Assembly (NCBI GenBank): GCA_039194325.1
Contig: JBCCWC010000014.1
Coordinates: forward strand, 58,057 to 122,056
Source: Myxococcota bacterium
GTDB taxonomy: Bacteria > Myxococcota_A > Polyangia > Nannocystales > Nannocystaceae
Length of the DNA: 64,000 nucleotides
Reading direction: 5' to 3'
Within the stretch, counting starts at the first letter, position 1. Each line of letters begins with the position of its first letter. The position numbers were made by a program, and so were the translations under genes. The notes below the pieces were generated by a model. That model was given only the letters and a program-made list of their open reading frames with translations. It had not been told where the DNA came from and ran no database searches. Shown here piece after piece: positions 56,194 through 64,000 of the stretch.

Positions 56194-56889
56194 TCAAAAG
56201 CGCACCTGCAGCGCGACTCGAGCCTGGCGAGCGGAGCCGGCGGCCGAAAGGCTCAGCCGCTTCAGGCGGCGGGCCCGTAGGAGTCGATGCGTGCCCAGCA
56301 ATGCAAGGCCCACGCCCAGTGCCTGGGTAAGCCCGGCCATACCGGCCGCCCACGCTCGGACGGCACGGTCGGAGCGGGCGATGGCCAGGGCGGGGCCGAT
56401 CCCCGGGATCAGCAAGGCTCGGCCGTAGGCCCGTCGGCGCTCACCACGGCGCCCTTCGTCGGCGTCGGTGCTCGGATTATCGACGAGGTCTCGGGAGCGG
56501 TCGATGGCCACGGCCCCGGACAGGGAGGTGATGAGATAGGAGATCCCGGCCACTACCAGGCCGCCGGCGAGCAGCCCGCTACCGGTCTTGCGGTCGTCGC
56601 GGATCTGCGAGTGCAGCTTCTGCTGGTATCGCTCCTGGGCCGTCGGTGGTCGAGGTTCGGGCGTGGTGATGACCGGTGGTGATGGTGCTGGGCTGGGCCC
56701 GCTGGATACGGCGACCTTGACCTCGGTCGTGGTGCTCCCCGCTGGCGGGGTCTGCTCCTGGGCGGTGTCGGAGTCGTGGGTCTCGGCGGTCGCGCGCAAG
56801 GCGGTGATCGGCAGCGGGTTGGCTCCCGCGGTCCGAGGCAGCACGGCCAGGGCTACGAACAGCGGTAGCGAGCAATAGAAGCGGTTCAT
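56194..56889 (-). CDS. Secreted/membrane hypothetical protein, paralog of the adjacent gene
   Basis: Same layout, LLIPGIGP, terminal LQVRF. Confidence 0.7.
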   Translation of the reverse strand: MNRFYCSLPLFVALAVLPRTAGANPLPITALRATAETHDSDTAQEQTPPAGSTTTEVKVAVSSGPSPAPSPPVITTPEPRPPTAQERYQQKLHSQIRDDRKTGSGLLAGGLVVAGISYLITSLSGAVAIDRSRDLVDNPSTDADEGRRGERRRAYGRALLIPGIGPALAIARSDRAVRAWAAGMAGLTQALGVGLALLGTHRLLRARRLKRLSLSAAGSARQARVALQVRF

Positions 56890-57032
56890 GGCGGTCCTCG
56901 GCGCGCGGCGAGCGTGCGCATCGGGGTAGTGCCCGGGTCCCCTCGGACGATCATGGGGCCAAGCCCAGATCGGGTGATCGCCGGTGACTCCGTGGTTTAC
57001 GCGGGGCCCTAGGGCTCGCTAGGCTCGAAGAG

Positions 57033-58451
57033 GTGGCAGCCTCACGACCGGCCTCGGCCCTCCCTGGTCCGTCGCCGATCCCCTTGGTGGGCAATCGTCT
57101 CGATATGATGCGGCTGTTTTGGGATCCTCTGCGGCTGTTGCCCCGGCTCCATCGCGAGTACGGTGACGTCGCGGCGCTGAGCCGGGGCGACCCCTCCCTG
57201 GTCTGTGCCTTTGGTCCGGCGCACAACCAGCAGCTTTTGCCCCGCGCACGTCAGTTCGAGCACTTCGGGGAGGTTCCGATACGGGTGCCCGAGGGCTCGG
57301 CATTGGCTCATATGCAGGTCAGCCTCGTCACCGCCAACGGAGAGGCTCATCGCCGCCTACGTCGCCTGATGATGCCGTCGTTCACCCGCACGGTGATCCA
57401 GGGCTACCGCGACGACATGGTGGCGGTTGCCGAGCGACACCTGGGACGCTGGCAAGCCGGGGCCACGATCGACGTGGTGCGGGCGATGACGGAGTTGGCG
57501 CTCGACACGAGCGTCAAGTGCTTGTTTGGGCTCGACGCGGGCGACGGAGGTCTCGAGCTGGGGCGGATGGGCGAGCAGTTCCTGCAGCGGGTGATCGATC
57601 CGGCGACCGCCCTGCTGCCCATCGATCTTCCGTGGCTGCCCTACGGTCGGCTCTTGCGCCTGTGTGAGCGCTTCGAGCGTCGCCTGCTCGACATGGCCCA
57701 CGAGCGGCGGCGTAGCCCGCAGACCGGGCACGACGTGCTCTCGCGGCTCATCGAGGCCCACGACGAAGACGGCTCGCGCCTGAGCGATGTGGAGTTGCTG
57801 GGCAACATGGGCCTGCTGTTCGTGGCCGGGCACGAGACCACCGCCTACGCCCTGGCCTGGATCTTGATGCTCCTGGCCCTGCACCCTCCGGTGTTCGTCG
57901 AGCTGCGCGACGAGCTGCGGGCCGAGCTGTCGGGTGATGCGCCCACCGTGGAGCAGCTGGCTCGGCTGCCGCTACTCGACGGGGTGGTCAAGGAAGGGCT
58001 GCGCCTGCTGCCGCCCACGTACATCACGTTCATCCGTCGGGCCACCGAGCCCTTCGAGCTGGGGCCCTATCGGATGCCCGAGGGGTCGATGGTGGTGCTC
58101 AGCCCACTGGTCACCCATCACATGCCCGAGGTCTATCGGCAGCCCGATCGCTTCGAGCCACGGCGATGGGCGCAGGGCAAGCGCTCCCCCTTCGAGTATC
58201 TGCCCTTCGGGGTGGGGCCGCGGCTGTGTCTAGGGGCCACCTTCGCCGAGCAGGAGATCCGCATCGTGCTGGCGCTCATCGTGCAGCGGTTCGGCCTGCG
58301 CATCGCCGATGGCTTCTCGGTCGATGTCAAGGCGCGGGGGATGACCTTGGGTCCGAGTGGCGCCATGCCGATCACGATGACCTCGCCCGAGGCGTCCGTG
58401 GGCACGCCACCGGAGCTTACGGGCAGTGTTCGCGAGTTCGTGACTTGTTGA
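57033..58451 (+). CDS. Cytochrome P450
   Basis: AGHETT, EGLR (ExxR), PDRFEP, FGVGPRLCLG. Confidence 0.96.
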   Translation: MAASRPASALPGPSPIPLVGNRLDMMRLFWDPLRLLPRLHREYGDVAALSRGDPSLVCAFGPAHNQQLLPRARQFEHFGEVPIRVPEGSALAHMQVSLVTANGEAHRRLRRLMMPSFTRTVIQGYRDDMVAVAERHLGRWQAGATIDVVRAMTELALDTSVKCLFGLDAGDGGLELGRMGEQFLQRVIDPATALLPIDLPWLPYGRLLRLCERFERRLLDMAHERRRSPQTGHDVLSRLIEAHDEDGSRLSDVELLGNMGLLFVAGHETTAYALAWILMLLALHPPVFVELRDELRAELSGDAPTVEQLARLPLLDGVVKEGLRLLPPTYITFIRRATEPFELGPYRMPEGSMVVLSPLVTHHMPEVYRQPDRFEPRRWAQGKRSPFEYLPFGVGPRLCLGATFAEQEIRIVLALIVQRFGLRIADGFSVDVKARGMTLGPSGAMPITMTSPEASVGTPPELTGSVREFVTC

Positions 58452-58519
58452 GATCCTTCGGTGTGGCTCCACCGTAGCCCCCCAAACGCCTAGGGGCCGC
58501 GCGCTCGCACGCGCTCGCC

Positions 58520-61500
58520 TCAAAACCGCAGCTGCAGCTCGAAGCTCGCGGCCAGTGGGGTCTGAAACGAGGTCTTCACCCCATAGTTGCCTTGTCGGGC
58601 GAGGATCGTGCGCTGGAAGAACGCCTGGGGATCGCTGGTGCTCTGGATCTTGGTGTGCTTGAGATCCTCGAGGGTCCCGCCGGCGACGGCGCGCGTGGTC
58701 TGGAACGAGTAGACCTCGTCCACCCGCATCACGGCCCGGGCGTTGGTCACATTGATCACCCGGACGCCGGCCTCGAGCTCGAGGTTGCCGGGGAGCGGAT
58801 AGGCGTAGCTGGCGCTGAGGTTCCAGCGAACGTTGGGCTGGATGCGGCCGCCGGAGCCGCGGGGCAGCACGTACACCGGGGCGCCGGCGAAGACGCTGTG
58901 CCCCCCGCGCATCGAGATCGGGAAGCCCGAAAAGAGGCGCAGGCTCGTCCCCAGCGTCAATCGCCCGGCCTCGCGTAGATCGAAGGTGTAAAAGCCGTCG
59001 AGCTTGAGACGGTGCGGCGTGTCGAACGACAGCGGCCCGTAGCTGTTGCGGACCAGCTCGGGGGTGTCGTACTGCACGCTGGCGCCGAGGTTGATGGCCC
59101 CGGTGATCGGATCGACGAACCCGTCGTAGTTCCCGCGCAGGCGGCTATAGGTGTACGAGGCCAGCAAGAGCCAGTTTCGGGCGAAGCGCTTGCGGATCTC
59201 CAGCGTCAGGGCGTCGAAGGAGCGCCGGGGGGCGTCGAAGATCTGATCGACGCGCTCGAAGGCGTCGATGAGCGCTTCGCAGCGCTGGAGGTCACGGGTG
59301 AGCGGACCGCGGGCGGGAGCGTCGGCCGCGAGCGCCTGCAGCCGACCGTCGAGCTCGGTGCACTGCTGGCGCTGGCGCTCGATGTCCTCGCGGGCGACCT
59401 CGACCCCCGGGTTGGCGATGACGTAGTCTTGTCCGCCGTTGGTCGACACGTCCTCGACCGCTCGCCGCAGATCGGTATGGAGCCACCGGACGCCCACGAT
59501 CAGATCTTCGATCACCTCGTGGTCGTAGCCGAGCTGGAACTGGTGATTATACTGCCCCCGCAGCCGGGGCACGGTCGCGCCCTCGGTCAGCTGCGAGGTG
59601 CCGGCGGCCAAGTCGGGGCAGTACTCGGTGGGCTGGCCGTCCTGCTCGCGGGCGAAGGTCTGGCCGGCTACCGTGACCTGCTGCCCCTGACACTGCCCGT
59701 CACGATAGGTGCGGCGCACGTCGACCAGGCCGCCGAACACCCGTGAGGCCAGCTGCACGGGCAGGGGAGTATAGAACCACCCGTAGCTGGCGTACAGGCG
59801 GCTGCGGCCCTGGTCGGTCCAGTCGTAGACCACTCCCAGCCGAGGGGCCACATTGTCCCGAATGAATATGGCGCGCTTGCCCAGGATGTCGCGTATGTCC
59901 TGCAGCTCCCAGCGCACCCCGGCCGACAGATGGAGGTTGGACAACAGGGCCCACTTGTCTTGCAAGAAGAGCCCGTAGTGCTGAGTGGAGAGTCGCTCGC
60001 TATAGGCGGGGGCCCGGATCCCGCTCCCTGCTGGGGTCGCGATGGCGCTGAGCTCCCCTTGCTCCTTGCGCACCCGGCCATAGCCGAAGGTCGTGCGTTG
60101 CTCCGGGTTCTCCTGGTCGACCACGATGTAGCGGTGGTTGTCGACCCGATCGGTGTTGGCGATGAGGTATTGCTCGGTGCGTGGATCGAAGCACCACTCG
60201 CCTCCGTCCCCTTCGAGCCCCTCGCCCGTGCAGCGACCGTAGAAGTCAGCGCGGTTGGATCCCGAATATCGCGAGGTCGTGCGGCGGGTGAGGTGCTCGA
60301 AGGCCACGCCGTACTTGAGCTGGTGGGAGCCGGCCGCGTTGAAGAAGTGGGTGGTGGCCAGCCGGCCTTCGATGCGCCGGCTACGATCTCGACCAGACTG
60401 GCCCAGGCCTCCGGACATCCACAGCCTCACCGGGCAGCGGGTGCCGGGTAGCTCCGACTGGTTACAGGCCGCGGCCGCGCCGGGGACCAGGTCCAGCCGC
60501 CCCTCGCGGTCGAGCAGATCGAACAGCTCGGCGCCGTCATGGCTGCGGTGCTGGGTCGCGGGCTGGTCGCGCAGCTCGGGGTTGTCGAGGCGCCACGCGG
60601 TCTCGTTGGTGTACTGCGAGTACGCGAGGGTCGCGTCGAGCTCGATACGATCGTCCATGAGGCGCCCGCGGTAGCCGAGCGCCGAGTACAGCACATTGCT
60701 GCGGTCCCAGCCGAAGTGGTCATTGACGATCCCGTTGGCCACCAGCGTGCTTCCACCCAGAGGATCGGTGGTCAGCATGGGGTCGAAGGGGCTGGACGCG
60801 GCGTGGCGATAGCTTCGGCGCAAGAACTGGGGGGTGCCGCCCACGGTGGCCCGCAGCAGGTGTCGGGGGCTGATGTGCAAGTCGAGGCCGAGCTGGTAGC
60901 CCACCCCGATCGCGCCGGTACGGAACCGCTGCTCGGCGAACTTGTCCGTCGTGATGGTGCTGCGGCCCGGTGCGCAGTCGAGTGCTCCGTTTTGGTGGGG
61001 GCAGTCTTGGTAGCCACCGGAGCCGTCGGCGTCGACCCGATGGTGGAACGACTGTACCAGCGAGTTTCGGCCGCCGGTCGCGGAGATCCCCGCGGACCAA
61101 AACAAGCGATCCTTGAGGATCGGGCCGCTGGCGGCGACCACCCCCTGCATCACGAAGTCTGGGGTCTCGGTGGTGCGTACGGCGTTGTCGGTATCGAGGA
61201 TGAAGCGGGGCGAGGCCAGGCGCGGGGTAAAGGTGAAGCGGGCCACGCCCCGGACGATGTTGCTGCCCGAGAACCGTCGCACGGCGATTTGCCCGCCCGA
61301 GGCGCCGCCGAACTGTGCATCGTAGCCCGACTCCTGGACCTCGATCTCTTCGACGAACTCCTGGACGATGCTGGCCCCGACCGTGCCGAACGCGGGGTTG
61401 TTGATGGTGGCTCCCTCTACGGTGTATCGGGACTCGGCGCCGGTGGTCCCGGCGAGGCTGATCCCGGCGGCGTCGCGGGAGGCGGTGGGGGAGATCTCGA

Positions 61501-63766
61501 TCACCTGGGTGAAGTCGCGGCCGGTGGTGCTGCCCACCGGGATGTTGCGCATCTGTTGCATGCCTACGCTGGAGCCGGACGAGCTTTGGTTTTGGACCGT
61601 GGGGGCCTGCACCGTGATGACCCGCGTAAACTGGGTCTCCGCGCTCGCAGGCTGACGGGCGTGCTGCGCGGTGTCAGAGAGGGTCGAGGCGGGGGACCCT
61701 GATCCAGACCCGGAAATAGAGGTGTCGATGACTGCGCCCGTCGACGGCTCGACCGTAGGCAACGCGGCCAGCGAGGCGAGCTCGGCCTGGAACTGCTGGG
61801 CGCCGGAAGCCACGGGGTCGACGTCCTGTGGCATGTCCACCGGCTGGACCACCGACCGGGGGCGGCCGTCGCTCACGACCCGCGTGCGATCGACGGCGAC
61901 GAAGCTGGTGTACTCCGTGACCAGGCGGTGCTCGAGGCCGAGCTCGGTGATCTGTTCGGCGACCTGGGGGTCGTAGGCGTGCCACTGTCGCGCGTCGAGT
62001 TCTTCGACCTTGGCCCGGGCCCACAGGGTGGACAGCAGGGCGTTGGCTCCCTCGACCCGGTGCACGTCCATCTGGATCCTCAGGCTCCGGTGGCCCCCAT
62101 GGGCGTGGAGGATCGCGGTCGGGCCCACCTCACCGTGGTAGCGGCCCATCACGACCACCGGCTGACTGACGAACAGGTCGGGGATCTGCGCCGGGTAGTG
62201 CTCCATGCGCAGCGGGCTGAGGCGGGGGAACGTCAGCTTGGTCAGCGCGGGGCGATCGATGTCGTGCATGAGCGCGTTGACCACCCGGGCGGGATCTTCA
62301 CGGGTGCCGAGGTGACGCGAGACCCCCTTGCCCGCCCGCGAGATCCCGTCGATGAGCAGGTGGTTGGGCGAGGAGCCGACCCCGATCCCGAACACGCGCG
62401 CCACCTTGCCTCGCTGTGCCTGCTGCTCGACCAAGTCGCGCGCACCCGCGAAGATCTCGGTCTCGTTGCTCACGTAGCCGTCGGTCATGATGAGCACGTA
62501 GCGATTGAAGCCGGGGGCGACCTCGTCGGTGAGCGAGGCCCGGACCGCGTCGTCCATCATCGTGCCGCCGCCACCGACCATGCCGTCGACGAACTTCAGC
62601 GCGGTGACGAGGTTGGTGGCGTTGGCGGGGCGCGGCTGGCCGAAGAGTCGCTCGGTGCCCGAGGCGAAGCCGACCACGTCGAAGGTGTCGACCGGTCGCA
62701 GCCGGGCCAATAGCTCGCGGACGGTCTGCTTGGCCATGGCCAGGGGGGGACCGTTCATCGAGCCGGAGCGATCGATGATGAAGATCACCTCGCGGCGACC
62801 GATCTCGGCGTCCACGTTGGTGTGGGGCGGGTGCACCACCATCAGGTAGTGGCCGCGCTGCTGGGCGTCGGGCTGCCCCAACAGCACCGTCGCTCGGGGC
62901 TCGGAACCCGTTGCTCGGTAGCGCAGCACGAAGTCGCGGTTGGGCACCACGTCGCGTCGGGCGAGGACGACCCGCAGCTTGCCCTCGACCGCTTGGGCGT
63001 CGATCTCGTGCGTGGGGGCGTTCCACGACACGATGGGGGGCCCCGCTTGGGCGTCGACGACGATGTCGATGTCGTGCCCGGTGCGGACGCCGTGGCCCAC
63101 CACCGGCGGTGAGATCCGGGCCGCGTCGGGTGCCGAGCCGCCGCTGGGGTCGAAGCGGGGACCCACCACCATGGGGAACACGAACTCGTACTCCCCCGCG
63201 TCGTAGGTGAGCGTTTGCAGGTAGCGGATCTCCACGTCCACGTCTTCGCCGGGGGCGATGTTGGTGACCGATTGGGTGAAGACGTTGGGGCGCTCCTGCT
63301 CGAGCAGCGAGGCGGTGTAGCCCTCACTGCGGGCGGTCTCGTAGGTCTGCCGCGCTTGCTGGCGGCGCATGATCTCCGCTTCGATCACGCGATCGCCCAC
63401 GGTCATGCGCATGTCCGATACGGCGCTGTTTTCCGGCAGGGGGAAGGTGTAGACCACCTCGATGGGGTGGTCCGAGGCGTTGTGGAAGCGCTGCTTGACC
63501 TTGACCGCGGCGATGTGGCCCCGCAGGGCGGCATGGACCCCGGTGTGGCGCAGGGGCAGCGGGTTGCCCTCGGCGTCGCGTAGCTCGGGCAGTCGACCCG
63601 GGCTGGTGTAGGCGTACATCGGGCTCGGCGTCGCCGGGCCCGTCCAGGCGGCACTGACGGAGCGCTCGGCACGGAGCGAGGCACCCAGGGACGTACACCC
63701 CACGAGTAACCACAGGCTCATCAGGCCCACGAGCGCGACGGCTCGATGTGGGAAGGACTTCGACAC
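58520..63766 (-). CDS. VIT + vWA domain fused to an Oar-like TonB-dependent receptor
   Basis: Lipobox LLVGC, VIT (LPLRHT...YTFPLP...LLEQERPNVF), MIDAS DRSGSM and TDG, plug (GRDFTQV...YDAQFGGASGG), beta-barrel ending FELQLRF. One uninterrupted frame. Confidence 0.88.
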   Translation of the reverse strand: MSKSFPHRAVALVGLMSLWLLVGCTSLGASLRAERSVSAAWTGPATPSPMYAYTSPGRLPELRDAEGNPLPLRHTGVHAALRGHIAAVKVKQRFHNASDHPIEVVYTFPLPENSAVSDMRMTVGDRVIEAEIMRRQQARQTYETARSEGYTASLLEQERPNVFTQSVTNIAPGEDVDVEIRYLQTLTYDAGEYEFVFPMVVGPRFDPSGGSAPDAARISPPVVGHGVRTGHDIDIVVDAQAGPPIVSWNAPTHEIDAQAVEGKLRVVLARRDVVPNRDFVLRYRATGSEPRATVLLGQPDAQQRGHYLMVVHPPHTNVDAEIGRREVIFIIDRSGSMNGPPLAMAKQTVRELLARLRPVDTFDVVGFASGTERLFGQPRPANATNLVTALKFVDGMVGGGGTMMDDAVRASLTDEVAPGFNRYVLIMTDGYVSNETEIFAGARDLVEQQAQRGKVARVFGIGVGSSPNHLLIDGISRAGKGVSRHLGTREDPARVVNALMHDIDRPALTKLTFPRLSPLRMEHYPAQIPDLFVSQPVVVMGRYHGEVGPTAILHAHGGHRSLRIQMDVHRVEGANALLSTLWARAKVEELDARQWHAYDPQVAEQITELGLEHRLVTEYTSFVAVDRTRVVSDGRPRSVVQPVDMPQDVDPVASGAQQFQAELASLAALPTVEPSTGAVIDTSISGSGSGSPASTLSDTAQHARQPASAETQFTRVITVQAPTVQNQSSSGSSVGMQQMRNIPVGSTTGRDFTQVIEISPTASRDAAGISLAGTTGAESRYTVEGATINNPAFGTVGASIVQEFVEEIEVQESGYDAQFGGASGGQIAVRRFSGSNIVRGVARFTFTPRLASPRFILDTDNAVRTTETPDFVMQGVVAASGPILKDRLFWSAGISATGGRNSLVQSFHHRVDADGSGGYQDCPHQNGALDCAPGRSTITTDKFAEQRFRTGAIGVGYQLGLDLHISPRHLLRATVGGTPQFLRRSYRHAASSPFDPMLTTDPLGGSTLVANGIVNDHFGWDRSNVLYSALGYRGRLMDDRIELDATLAYSQYTNETAWRLDNPELRDQPATQHRSHDGAELFDLLDREGRLDLVPGAAAACNQSELPGTRCPVRLWMSGGLGQSGRDRSRRIEGRLATTHFFNAAGSHQLKYGVAFEHLTRRTTSRYSGSNRADFYGRCTGEGLEGDGGEWCFDPRTEQYLIANTDRVDNHRYIVVDQENPEQRTTFGYGRVRKEQGELSAIATPAGSGIRAPAYSERLSTQHYGLFLQDKWALLSNLHLSAGVRWELQDIRDILGKRAIFIRDNVAPRLGVVYDWTDQGRSRLYASYGWFYTPLPVQLASRVFGGLVDVRRTYRDGQCQGQQVTVAGQTFAREQDGQPTEYCPDLAAGTSQLTEGATVPRLRGQYNHQFQLGYDHEVIEDLIVGVRWLHTDLRRAVEDVSTNGGQDYVIANPGVEVAREDIERQRQQCTELDGRLQALAADAPARGPLTRDLQRCEALIDAFERVDQIFDAPRRSFDALTLEIRKRFARNWLLLASYTYSRLRGNYDGFVDPITGAINLGASVQYDTPELVRNSYGPLSFDTPHRLKLDGFYTFDLREAGRLTLGTSLRLFSGFPISMRGGHSVFAGAPVYVLPRGSGGRIQPNVRWNLSASYAYPLPGNLELEAGVRVINVTNARAVMRVDEVYSFQTTRAVAGGTLEDLKHTKIQSTSDPQAFFQRTILARQGNYGVKTSFQTPLAASFELQLRF

Positions 63767-63940
63767 CCGGGCGCGTCAACGCCGGGAGCGAAGGAGGCTT
63801 TCGATGGGGTGGGATGGTTTGGGGATGAGGGGATGAGTTTGGGATCGGGGACGGGTGGTGGGATGGATGAGCCCTGCGTTTTATGGGGTTCGGTGGGGTT
63901 GAGGGGGCGTGTGTTCGAACCGGGCTTTGGGGTTCGACCC

Positions 63941-63976
63941 AAAAAGAAGCCGCGCCGCCCACCCGGGCGGCGCGGC
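63941..63976 (-). terminator. Intrinsic terminator of an upstream minus-strand transcript
   Basis: 12-bp perfect stem GCCGCGCCGCCC / GGGCGGCGCGGC (63949-63976), 4-nt loop, followed by TTCTTTTT on the minus strand. Confidence 0.8.
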
Positions 63977-64000
63977 GGGGATGTGCCGATTCGAACGAGA

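Noticed and set aside
51122..58451. Carotenoid oxygenase, thiolase and P450 as a biosynthetic cluster
   Set aside because: Mixed orientations, unrelated genes in between, and no scaffold synthase.

Overview
High-GC window that looks myxobacterial (Nannocystaceae-like gene content: Ser/Thr kinases, many Cys-rich lipoproteins, a DUF1592/DUF1552 pair, an Oar-like TonB-dependent receptor). The taxon is inferred from gene content only. The standout is a ~13.7 kb minus-strand retron locus (25033-38759): a 936-aa hypothetical protein, a 2213-aa WD40-like plus HEAT-repeat protein, a degenerate SWIM/WGR-like protein, an msr-msd ncRNA, an Mx162-like reverse transcriptase and a translationally coupled WGR protein. 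The ncRNA can be read directly from the sequence: a sigma70-like promoter (TTGACA-N17-TAGCGT), a1/a2 inverted repeats ending at a candidate branching G (27202), two msr stem-loops and a long msd hairpin with a 23-bp perfect core. The gene set matches, from recall, the computationally defined type XIII (ARM/SWIM/WGR) retrons, whose function I do not know to be established. Other notable items: a VIT-vWA/TonB-receptor fusion, a CBM48-like domain inserted in a DUF1592 protein, a candidate CNF1/CheD-type deamidase, and two non-coding repeat arrays. No rRNA, tRNA, CRISPR array or transposase was recognised. All domain calls come from motif recognition by eye, not from database searches.
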